Position numbers and translations under genes: made by a program
Shown here: piece after piece, positions 31,517 through 39,508 of the stretch
Position numbering within the stretch: the first letter of the stretch is position 1
Layout: each line of letters opens with the position of its first letter
DNA from: an uncultured Enterobacteriaceae bacterium
Lineage (GTDB): Bacteria; Pseudomonadota; Gammaproteobacteria; Burkholderiales; SG8-39
Direction of reading: 5' to 3'
Length of the DNA stretch: 64,000 nucleotides
Assembly: GCA_964651335.1 (NCBI GenBank)
Contig: CAZYVT010000007.1
Location: 24,893 to 88,892 of the forward strand
Notes under the pieces: generated by a model
What the model saw: only the letters and a program-made list of their open reading frames with translations
The model's database searches: none
Told to the model about the DNA's origin: nothing

Positions 31517-31855
31517 ATGGCAATTGTGCCCATTACCGTCATACCTGCATCATCGTCTTGCGCCCCTCCCACCGCCGGTGCAAACGTCAGGGAGCCTACG
31601 ATCTTCATGTTCACACTCGCCGACCCGGCACATTGGGAATGGCAGGGAACGTCCCCTGTTGTCGTCCAAAATGGCGCGCAGGAATTCTACGATTCGTTCA
31701 TCCACCCCAACGGCAGAAATGTGGTGCTGTTCGACAAAAATACTGACGGTACCGGTAGCCCTACCCCCGCTACCAAATACAAGTACACCGTGACGATCGT
31801 CAACATAACAACCGGCGTGCCAATGTCAATCGATCCGTTCATTCAGAATCAATGA
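31517..31855 (+). CDS. small hypothetical protein (112 aa), translationally coupled to the TIR gene
   Basis: The ATG lies directly after the upstream TAA (TAAATG). The composition looks beta-rich (KYKYTVTIVNITTG) and the protein ends IDPFIQNQ. It has no signal peptide and I recognise no family. Its GC is lower than its neighbours by eye. Confidence 0.55.
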   Translation: MAIVPITVIPASSSCAPPTAGANVREPTIFMFTLADPAHWEWQGTSPVVVQNGAQEFYDSFIHPNGRNVVLFDKNTDGTGSPTPATKYKYTVTIVNITTGVPMSIDPFIQNQ

Positions 31856-31979
31856 GCAGTAGCGTCTGAGCCTCCGCGGCGGATTGTGATATCGCCTGAG
31901 GTGGCGGCGGCGTGAGCGTCAACGTTCTTATAACCGACGTCCTTGCCGCCGCCAATTGCGGCGCGCCGCCGAATCAATA

Positions 31980-33791
31980 ATGACCGCCCCTGCGCACACG
32001 GCCATCCGCGAAGCGCTCGATGCCGGCCTAAACACCGAGGCGCTGGACCTAGCCCGCAAGGCGGTGCTCGACAGCCCGAGCGCCGCCGAGCCCCATTACC
32101 TCGGCGCACTGGCCTGTGTCCGGATGGGTGCGATCAGTGAAGCGGAAAAATGGCTTGCGCGGGTCGATCGCGAGCTTCTCGGGCATAGCCCGCTCGCGGC
32201 CGATTTCTGGAGCCTTGCGGGAAGGATCGCAAAGGAGCGTTATTCCGCCGCGAGCGATAAGACTCAGGCGGCTGCGCGTGAGCGCGCTCGCATTGCGATC
32301 GATTGCTATCAGCAAGCGTTCGGGATCAGCGGTTCTGCCTATCCCGCGGTCAATGCCGCCACCTTGGCGATGCTTTCCGGCGATGCGGCGCTTGCCCGCA
32401 CCCTCGCACGCCAAGCTCTAAGCACACTGGGTACGAGCGGCGATCACTGGCACCACGCGACCTCGGGCGAAGCCCAGTTGCTCCTCGATGAATTTGACGA
32501 GGCTCGCGACCATTACAGAGAAGCCTATCGACTGGCCGGAAACAGGTTCGGCGATATTGCCTCGATGCGCCGGCAACTCCTGCTGATCGGTTCGACCGCC
32601 GCGCGCGAGCTGCTGGAAGTCATTCCCGCCCCGCGTGTCATCGCGTTCTCCGGGCACATGATCGATCACCCGACCCGGACCACGCCGCGATTTCCCGCCA
32701 GCCTCGAGGGGAAAGTGGCGTCCGCCATACGGGAAACACTCGCGAGTCTCGGTCCCTCGATCGGATACACGCAGCCAGCCTGCGGCGCCGACATCCTGTT
32801 TCTCGAGGCGATGCAGGATTCGGGCATGCAAACCCAGATCGTGCTGCCCTTCGCGAAGGCTGATTTCGTCGAAGCAAGCGTGAGCTTCGCCGGAGGGACG
32901 TGGGTCGCCCGCTTCGAGCGCGTTCTCGACCGTGCGACCCGGATCGTCCTGGCTACCGAAGAGGCTTTCCTGGGAGATCGCGTGTTATTCGAGCACGCGG
33001 CGCACCTGATCCAGGGAATGGCATTCCTGCGCGCCAGGGAGCTCTCGACGCAGCCGCTGACGCTGACCGTGCACGAACCCGGATCGCGGGAGCTTGCTGG
33101 CGGTACCGCGGCGAGCGCTCGAATCTGGACGCGTAATGGAGGCGAGGTCGAAAACATCGACCTGGCGGCGCTGCGCGGCAGCGATCCGGTCGATCGGGAA
33201 GGGGATGACGAGGACGGGTCGGTAAATCCCCCCGATCAATCCGCGCGGCCCAGAAGCTTGAAGAGCCTTTATTTCGCCGACATCAGCGGCTTTTCCAGGA
33301 TGCCGGAAGAGTACACACCCCATTTCGTGGAAATGTTTCTGGAAACCTGCAAAAGAACGCTCGATTCACTCGAGCATCAGGCGGTCGACGCCAACACGCG
33401 CGGAGACGCTCTTTTCATCGTCTTCGAGCTGCCGAGCCACGCGGCGGAATTCGCCGTTCGCTTGCAAAAAGCGGTGAGCAGGATCGACTGGCCTGCGTTC
33501 GGACTTGCTGAGGAAACCCGCGTCCGGATGGGACTTCACACCGGTCCGGTCTTCGACATCTTCGATCCGGTCATGTCGAAGACCACGTTCTATGGAACGC
33601 ACGTAAACCGGGCGGCCCGGCTTGAGCCGATCGTGCAGCCTGGACATATCTTTGTGACCGAAGCATTTGCAGCTTCGCTCGTCGCCGATAACGAGGATCG
33701 CTTCACCTGCGACTACATCGGCGCCATGCCGCTCGCCAAGCAGTTCGGCGAAGCGCGGTTGTACCGGCTGCGGTGGGCCGACGAGGACTGA
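31980..33791 (+). CDS. multidomain protein: helical (TPR/DUF4071-like) N-domain + Rossmann (SLOG-like) module + class III adenylate/guanylate cyclase domain
   Basis: ATG at 31980; the track ORF begins at TTG 31956. N-domain: SAYPAVNAATLAMLSGD. Middle module: RVIAFSGHMIDHPTRTTPRFP...ACGADILFLEAMQDSGMQTQIVLPF. C-terminal cyclase domain: LYFADISGFS, RGDALFIVF, RMGLHTGPV, GTHVNRAARLE. Confidence 0.8.
   Translation: MTAPAHTAIREALDAGLNTEALDLARKAVLDSPSAAEPHYLGALACVRMGAISEAEKWLARVDRELLGHSPLAADFWSLAGRIAKERYSAASDKTQAAARERARIAIDCYQQAFGISGSAYPAVNAATLAMLSGDAALARTLARQALSTLGTSGDHWHHATSGEAQLLLDEFDEARDHYREAYRLAGNRFGDIASMRRQLLLIGSTAARELLEVIPAPRVIAFSGHMIDHPTRTTPRFPASLEGKVASAIRETLASLGPSIGYTQPACGADILFLEAMQDSGMQTQIVLPFAKADFVEASVSFAGGTWVARFERVLDRATRIVLATEEAFLGDRVLFEHAAHLIQGMAFLRARELSTQPLTLTVHEPGSRELAGGTAASARIWTRNGGEVENIDLAALRGSDPVDREGDDEDGSVNPPDQSARPRSLKSLYFADISGFSRMPEEYTPHFVEMFLETCKRTLDSLEHQAVDANTRGDALFIVFELPSHAAEFAVRLQKAVSRIDWPAFGLAEETRVRMGLHTGPVFDIFDPVMSKTTFYGTHVNRAARLEPIVQPGHIFVTEAFAASLVADNEDRFTCDYIGAMPLAKQFGEARLYRLRWADED
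32631..32960 (+). other. Rossmann-like beta-alpha-beta module (SLOG/LOG-DprA-like by pattern only)
   Basis: Alternating predicted strand and helix segments with a G-A-D...E helix-cap motif. The assignment is from pattern memory, not from a search. Confidence 0.4.
33255..33770 (+). other. class III nucleotide cyclase homology domain
   Basis: Metal-binding Asp codons at 33279-33281 and 33405-33407, and the Asn-Arg pair in HVNRAARLE. Asn (33393-33395) sits at the position 4 residues before the second Asp, which is Lys in adenylate cyclases and Glu in guanylate cyclases. Confidence 0.75.
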
Positions 33792-33803
33792 CAGAGAAGG
33801 GAT

Positions 33804-33880
33804 TGGTCGGGGCGGTGAGATTCGAACTCACGACCACCGGCACCCCATGCCGGTACGCTACCAGACTGCGCTACGCCCCG
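33804..33880 (-). tRNA. tRNA-Pro (anticodon GGG)
   Basis: The reverse complement CGGGGCGTAGCGCAGTCTGGTAGCGTACCGGCATGGGGTGCCGGTGGTCGTGAGTTCGAATCTCACCGCCCCGACCA folds as a cloverleaf. The anticodon loop is ATGGGGT. Confidence 0.9.
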
Positions 33881-33932
33881 AATGGGAAAATTCTAACAGA
33901 CAGGCTCCGCGCCTCGCGCGCAGCCGCGATCG

Positions 33933-34319
33933 CTACGCGCTCTGAAGTGAATCCAGCAGTTCGCGCAGCTCGCGCTTGACCGCCGCGAGATCGACGCCCG
34001 AGGCGCCTGCACGGGCACGGCCGGGCGGTTCCGGCTTCTCGTCCCCGGTGAACGCATGGTCGAGGCGGTTGCGTGCGCCGCTGATGGTGAAGCCTTCCTC
34101 ATACAGCAGCTCGCGAATCCGGCGGATGAGCAGCACCTCATGGTGCTGATAGTAGCGGCGGTTGCCGCGGCGCTTGACCGGCTTGAGCTGCGTGAACTCC
34201 TGTTCCCAGTAGCGCAGCACATGGGGCTTGACCCCGCACAGCTCGCTCACCTCACCGATGGTGAAGTAGCGCTTCGCGGGGATCGGCGGAAGTTCAGCCT
34301 TCTTGCGGTTTGGCTCCAT
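33933..34319 (-). CDS. MerR family transcriptional regulator
   Basis: [28 protein letters not shown] motif. It sits in the conserved position downstream of ihfA. Confidence 0.8.
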   Translation of the reverse strand: MEPNRKKAELPPIPAKRYFTIGEVSELCGVKPHVLRYWEQEFTQLKPVKRRGNRRYYQHHEVLLIRRIRELLYEEGFTISGARNRLDHAFTGDEKPEPPGRARAGASGVDLAAVKRELRELLDSLQSA

Positions 34320-34605
34320 GGCGAGCCTTCTCCACCATGGCCTTCAGCTTCTGGCTGGCGTGGAACGTGACCACGCGCCGTGCGCTGATCGGGATTTCTT
34401 CGCCGGTTTTGGGATTGCGACCCGGACGCTGCGGCTTGTTGCGCAGTTGAAAGTTGCCGAAACCCGACAGTTTCACCGCTTCGCCGCGCTCCAGCGCGCC
34501 ACGAATTTCCTCGAAGAACGCCTCAACCATGTCCTTGGCCTCGCGCTTGTTCAGCCCTACTTTCTCGAACAAGAGATCCGCCAGTTCGGCTTTGGTCAAA
34601 GTCAT
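34294..34605 (-). CDS. ihfA: integration host factor subunit alpha
   Basis: [34 protein letters not shown]...[12 protein letters not shown]. Confidence 0.95.
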   Translation of the reverse strand: MTLTKAELADLLFEKVGLNKREAKDMVEAFFEEIRGALERGEAVKLSGFGNFQLRNKPQRPGRNPKTGEEIPISARRVVTFHASQKLKAMVEKARHGAKPQEG

Positions 34606-34664
34606 CCCAACCCCCTGAAAGTCCTGTTATTTGTCTACATGCGCCCGCGGTGGTGTGGTTTTTC

Positions 34665-37058
34665 TTAGCGGAGGCTGGCGCCGAAACGCCGCCCCAAGAG
34701 GGCGACCAGTGCGGCACACGCCGCATCCGCCTCCGAACCCGTAAGGGCACGTTCAGTATGTTGCATAACTACCCGAAATGCAATGCTTTTTTTCCCTTGC
34801 GGGAGGTTCAGTCCCTGGTAAAGATCAAACAAACCTACGTCCTGGACGATGTCCGGCCTTTCGGCGCTGATCGCGTCAAGGATCCGCCCAACCGCGACGT
34901 TCGAACCCACCAGCAGGGCGATGTCGCGTACCACCGCTGGAAATCTCGGCGGTGCCGAGGGCGTGGGTAACGGGACCCGTTCGAGGCTTGCGGCGTCGAC
35001 TTCGAAAAGTACGACCGCTTGCGGCAGATCGTACTTCTGCTGCCATCGCGGGTGCAGCTCGCCCAGCGAGCCGATCTCGGCTCCTTCGAGCAGCACGCTC
35101 GCCGCGCGGCCCGGATGGAGCGCCGGATGCACGATCGCCTCGAACTTCAGCTGTGCTGGATGATAGAGCGCCTCGAGGTCGGACTTGAGGTCATAAAAGT
35201 CCACTGCGCGCGTGGAGTCTCCCCACTGTTCCTCGACGCAAGCGCCAAAGGCGGCCGCACCGACGCGGATTGGTTGCGCGACCCCCGCCACCGACAGCGG
35301 ACCGTCTATCACTTGCGGGTCGCGGCGGTACACGCGCCCGATCTCGAACACGCGGATCCGAGACAGTTTCCGCGCCTGGTTGTAGCGCACGTTCGCGACC
35401 AGAGATCCGATCAGCGTGGAACGCATGACCGAGAGCTGGCTCGCGATCGGATTGAGCAGGCGAATCGGATTCGATTCGCCGGCAAAATCCGCCTCCCAAT
35501 CCGGCTCGACGAACGCGAAGTTGATCGTCTCGTGGTAGTCGCACGCCGCGAGCCGCTCGCGCACCGCGTGCAGCGACCGGCTGGTCTCCGAAGGCGCGCT
35601 CATCCTGGCAAGGGTCCTCGGCGGATGGGCGGGGATGTTTTCGAAGCCGTGAATCCGCGCCACCTCCTCGATCAAGTCCTCCTCCGTCTCGAGGTCGAAG
35701 CGGTGCGGAGGCGGCGAGACCACGAACGCGGCGTCGGCGCCGCCGCCCTCGCGCCGCGCCGGAAGCGCAAGGCGCGCGAATGTGTCCGCCATCTCGTCCG
35801 TCGCGATCGGCATGCCAATGACCTTCTGCGCGCGCGCGACGCGCATGCGTACCGGCTTTCGCTCCGGGAGACGGGTGACCGTGTCGTCGACCGGCCCGGG
35901 TTCGCCGCCGCAGATTTCGCGCACGAGCCGCGTGATGTACTCGATGTGATCGGCCGTGGTGGCGAAGTCGACGCCGCGCTCGAAGCGGTGACCCGCATCG
36001 GTGGTAAAGCCCAAGCGACGGGCCCGCCCTGCAATCGCCTGCGGCCACCAGAACGCCGCCTCGATGTAGATCGCGGTAGTGTCCGGCGAGACCGCGGTCT
36101 GTTCACCGCCCATCACGCCGGCGAGCGCTTCCACGCCGCGCTCGTCGGCAATCACGCCCAGGGTAGCGTCCACAGCGACCGTCTGGCCGTTCAGCAGCTC
36201 GACCGTTTCGCCCGCTCGGCCCCAGCGCACGACCAGCCCGCCCAGCACCTTGCCCAGGTCGAAGATGTGCGACGGGCGACCGAGCTCGAGCATCACGTAG
36301 TTCGAGATGTCGACCAGCGCGGAAATCGGCCGCTGGCCGGCTCGTTCGAGCCGCAGCTTCATCCAGTCGGGCGTCGCAGCGCGTGCGTTCACTCCGCGCA
36401 CCACGCGGCCGGAAAAGCGACCACACAGGTCAGGTGCCTCGATGCGCACCGGAAGCGTTTCGGCAAGGCATGCCGACACTGGCGTGAACGCCGGCGGCGT
36501 CAGCGCCGCGCGGGTCAGCGCCGCCACCTCCCGCGCCACGCCCAGAACAGAAAGGCAGTCGCCGCGGTTCGGCGTCAGGCTGACCGCGAACACGCGCTCG
36601 TCCAGATCGAGCGTACAACGCACGTTTTCGCCCGTCTCCGCATCGGCAGGCAGCTCGAGCAGGCCCGCGTGATCATCCGAAAGTCCCAGTTCGCGCGCCG
36701 AGCAGAGCATCCCGAAACTCTCGATGCCGCGCATCCTCGCCTGCTTGATCTCCAGACCGCCCGGCAACCGCGCGCCGGGAAGCGCCAGGGGCGCCTTCAT
36801 CCCGGCGCGAACATTCGGCGCTCCGCAGACCACCTGCAGCGGTCCGCTGCCCGCGTCCACTCTGCACACGGTGAGCTGATCGGCGTTGGGATGCCGATCG
36901 ACCGAGAGCACGTCCGCCACCACCACGCCGGAACACGCAGGCCCAACGGGTTCGCAGGACTCCACTTCCAGTCCGGACATTGTGAGCAAGTGCGCCAGCT
37001 CTTCGGCCGCAAGCGGCGGATCGCAGAAGCTTCGCAGCCAGTTTTCAGGAACGTTCAT
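34665..37058 (-). CDS. pheT: phenylalanine--tRNA ligase beta subunit
   Basis: MNVPENWLRSFCDP start (ATG 37058; the track uses TTG 37079). It has B3/4, B5 and FDX-ACB regions and is about 797 aa. Confidence 0.95.
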   Translation of the reverse strand: MNVPENWLRSFCDPPLAAEELAHLLTMSGLEVESCEPVGPACSGVVVADVLSVDRHPNADQLTVCRVDAGSGPLQVVCGAPNVRAGMKAPLALPGARLPGGLEIKQARMRGIESFGMLCSARELGLSDDHAGLLELPADAETGENVRCTLDLDERVFAVSLTPNRGDCLSVLGVAREVAALTRAALTPPAFTPVSACLAETLPVRIEAPDLCGRFSGRVVRGVNARAATPDWMKLRLERAGQRPISALVDISNYVMLELGRPSHIFDLGKVLGGLVVRWGRAGETVELLNGQTVAVDATLGVIADERGVEALAGVMGGEQTAVSPDTTAIYIEAAFWWPQAIAGRARRLGFTTDAGHRFERGVDFATTADHIEYITRLVREICGGEPGPVDDTVTRLPERKPVRMRVARAQKVIGMPIATDEMADTFARLALPARREGGGADAAFVVSPPPHRFDLETEEDLIEEVARIHGFENIPAHPPRTLARMSAPSETSRSLHAVRERLAACDYHETINFAFVEPDWEADFAGESNPIRLLNPIASQLSVMRSTLIGSLVANVRYNQARKLSRIRVFEIGRVYRRDPQVIDGPLSVAGVAQPIRVGAAAFGACVEEQWGDSTRAVDFYDLKSDLEALYHPAQLKFEAIVHPALHPGRAASVLLEGAEIGSLGELHPRWQQKYDLPQAVVLFEVDAASLERVPLPTPSAPPRFPAVVRDIALLVGSNVAVGRILDAISAERPDIVQDVGLFDLYQGLNLPQGKKSIAFRVVMQHTERALTGSEADAACAALVALLGRRFGASLR

Positions 37059-37071
37059 GTCGCATTCGTGC

Positions 37072-38088
37072 TCAGGCAAACTGCTTGAGAAAGCGAAGAT
37101 CGCCGTCGAAGAACAGCCGCAGATCGTCGATTCCGTAGCGCAGCATGGTCAAGCGCTCAAGGCCGCTGCCAAACGCAAAACCCATGTAGCGCTCGGGATC
37201 GAGTCCGAAATTGCGCACCACGCTCGGATGCACCTGCCCGGCGCCCGAGATCTCGAGCCAGCGCCCCCTCAGCGGCCCCGAGCCGAATTGCATGTCGATT
37301 TCCGCCGAGGGCTCGGTGAACGGAAAGTACGACGGCCGGAAGCGCACTTCGAGTTCGTCGCTCTCGAAAAAGCGTCGCAGGAAGTCCGTGTAAACGCCTT
37401 TCAGGTCCGCGAAACTCACGTTCTCATCGATCCATAGCCCCTCGACCTGGTGAAACATCGGCGAGTGCGTGGCGTCGGAGTCGACGCGATAAGTGCGCCC
37501 CGGCGCGATCACCTTGAGCGGTGGACGGTGCATCCGCGCGTACCGTACCTGCATCGGGCTCGTATGCGTGCGCAGCAGGAGCTGCAACCCGTCGGCGTCC
37601 TTGAGGTCCACGTAGAACGTGTCCTGCATCGAGCGTGCGGGGTGGTTCTCCGGATTGTTGAGCGCGGTAAAGTTGTACCAGTCGGTCTCGATCTCCGGAC
37701 CTTCGGCGACGTCGAATCCGACCGAGCGGAAGATCTGCTCGACTCGGTGCCACGTGCGGGTGATCGGGTGCAGCCCTCCCCGACTGCGGCCGCGCCCGGG
37801 AAGCGTCACGTCCAGCGCCTCTCCGGTGAGCTTCGCCTCCATGCGCGCCTGCGCCAGTTCGGCGCGGCGGCGCTCGAGGGCGGTCTCCAGCCGCTCCTTG
37901 GCCGCGTTGATCGCCTGGCCGGCGCCTCGCCGTTCCTCGGCGGAGAGCTTGCCCAGCGACTTGAGCCGCACCGTCAGTTCGCCGCTCTTGCCGAGGTAGC
38001 GCGCCTTGGTGTTTTCAAGCGAAGCCGGGTCTCCTGCGGCCGCAAGCTCCGCGAGAGCACGCGCGACGATGGTTTCTAGGTCTTGCAT
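37072..38088 (-). CDS. pheS: phenylalanine--tRNA ligase alpha subunit
   Basis: 338 aa with HPITRT, FTEPSAE and class II motifs. Confidence 0.95.
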   Translation of the reverse strand: MQDLETIVARALAELAAAGDPASLENTKARYLGKSGELTVRLKSLGKLSAEERRGAGQAINAAKERLETALERRRAELAQARMEAKLTGEALDVTLPGRGRSRGGLHPITRTWHRVEQIFRSVGFDVAEGPEIETDWYNFTALNNPENHPARSMQDTFYVDLKDADGLQLLLRTHTSPMQVRYARMHRPPLKVIAPGRTYRVDSDATHSPMFHQVEGLWIDENVSFADLKGVYTDFLRRFFESDELEVRFRPSYFPFTEPSAEIDMQFGSGPLRGRWLEISGAGQVHPSVVRNFGLDPERYMGFAFGSGLERLTMLRYGIDDLRLFFDGDLRFLKQFA

Positions 38089-38172
38089 GCCGGAACCTCA
38101 CCTCTCCCGGCCTCCCTCACGTCACCCCCTCCCTCGCCCTCCCGTTCGCAACGGGGAGGGAATCGGTGCGGG

Positions 38173-38532
38173 TCAATGAGCGAGCGCCGCCTTCGCCCGG
38201 CCGGCGATCTGCGCAAACGCGGATTTGTCGCGCACGGCCAGATCGGCGAGCACCTTGCGGTCAATCTCGATCCTGGCGCGCTTCAGGCCCGCCGTGAACG
38301 CACTGTAGGTGAGCCCGAGTTCGCGCACCGCGGCGTTGATGCGGGCGATCCAGAGACCGCGAATTTCGCGCTTGCGCTGGCGTCGGTCGCGGTAGGCGTA
38401 CTGCCCTGCCTTCATGACCGCCTGTTTGGCTACGCGATAGACGTTCTTGCGGCGGCCGCGAAAGCCTTTCGCCTGCGACAGGACCTTCTTGTGGCGCGCG
38501 CGAGCCGTGACACCGCGTTTCACGCGTGGCAT
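38173..38532 (-). CDS. rplT: 50S ribosomal protein L20
   Basis: [18 protein letters not shown]...; the internal ATG of a longer track ORF. Confidence 0.95.
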   Translation of the reverse strand: MPRVKRGVTARARHKKVLSQAKGFRGRRKNVYRVAKQAVMKAGQYAYRDRRQRKREIRGLWIARINAAVRELGLTYSAFTAGLKRARIEIDRKVLADLAVRDKSAFAQIAGRAKAALAH

Positions 38533-38542
38533 GGCGCACTCC

Positions 38543-38743
38543 TCAGCACGAATACGGCAGCATCGCGCGGACCTGCCGCCTGTTGCTGTCGTGAACGGAT
38601 GTGGTACCGCGCAGGTGGCGCTTCCTCTTGGTGGTCTTCTTGGTGAGAATGTGGCGCATGTAGGCACGCGAGCGCTTGATCGAGCCGCCGGGGCGGATCT
38701 TGAAGCGCTTCGCGGCCGACTTCTTGGTTTTCACCTTCGGCAT
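38543..38743 (-). CDS. rpmI: 50S ribosomal protein L35
   Basis: [24 protein letters not shown]... Confidence 0.95.
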   Translation of the reverse strand: MPKVKTKKSAAKRFKIRPGGSIKRSRAYMRHILTKKTTKRKRHLRGTTSVHDSNRRQVRAMLPYSC

Positions 38744-38887
38744 GAGTCCGATTCCTTCTGTTGGAGCTTGACGCCGGGTGGCCCGCCGCGCGGACGCTTT
38801 CGCTACCCGGACATCACTTGTGCAGTGCCATGTCCAAACGTCTGGCGGTGCGGCACGCACTGTCGCGCCGCAGCGCATCGTTGTTCT

Positions 38888-39466
38888 TCAGGCCACTGCG
38901 GGCTTCTCCGCCTGCTTTGGCGCCGCCTTCCTCACCTTGGGTGCCGGGCCTTTCTTCTTCGGCGCCAGCACCATGACCATCTGCCTGCCCTCGAGCTTGG
39001 GGAACTGCTCGACCGTACCGCAGGCCTCGAGATCCTTTTTCACGCGTTCCAGGATGCGCAGGCCGAATTCCTGGTGCGCCATTTCGCGCCCGCGGAACCG
39101 CAGCGTGACTTTCGTCTTGTCGCCCGCTTCCAGGAACGCGATGAGTTTGCCGAGCTTCACCTGGTAATCGCCCTCGTCGGTCCCGGGGCGGAATTTGATC
39201 TCCTTGACCTGGATCTGTTTCTGCTTGAGCTTGGCCTCGTGCGCCTTCTTCTGCTCGCGGTAGCGGAATTTGCCGTAATCCATGAGCTTACAGACCGGCG
39301 GCCTTGCAAGCGGTGCGATTTCCACCAGGTCCACGCTCTGCTCTTCTGCCAGCTTGAGCGCTTGCGCCACGGGCACGATGCCCAGTTGTTCTCCGCTATC
39401 CGACACCAGCCGCACCTCAGGCGCGGTGATCTCCCCGTTGATGCGTTGCGATCTCTCGAGTGCGAT
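38888..39466 (-). CDS. infC: translation initiation factor IF-3
   Basis: ...[24 protein letters not shown]... is the conserved IF-3 sequence. The frame is open upstream to 39508 with no ATG/GTG/TTG before the RINGEI motif. The best start is ATC at 39466, 9 nt after GAGGAG. Confidence 0.85.
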   Translation of the reverse strand: MALERSQRINGEITAPEVRLVSDSGEQLGIVPVAQALKLAEEQSVDLVEIAPLARPPVCKLMDYGKFRYREQKKAHEAKLKQKQIQVKEIKFRPGTDEGDYQVKLGKLIAFLEAGDKTKVTLRFRGREMAHQEFGLRILERVKKDLEACGTVEQFPKLEGRQMVMVLAPKKKGPAPKVRKAAPKQAEKPAVA

Positions 39467-39508
39467 GAGCGAGTTCTCCTCTGTTCGCCAAAAAAACCGG
39501 CCGTGCTG

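Noticed and set aside
35019-37088. 689-aa plus-strand ORF opposite pheT
   Set aside because: The same high-GC antisense artefact. The minus strand encodes a full-length PheT.
38089-38172. Stem-loop (38137-38160, CCCTCCCGTT-CGC-AACGGGGAGGG) between rplT and pheS as a pheST attenuator
   Set aside because: There is no Phe-rich leader peptide like E. coli pheM and no U-tract after the stem. It may just be a processing or stability hairpin.
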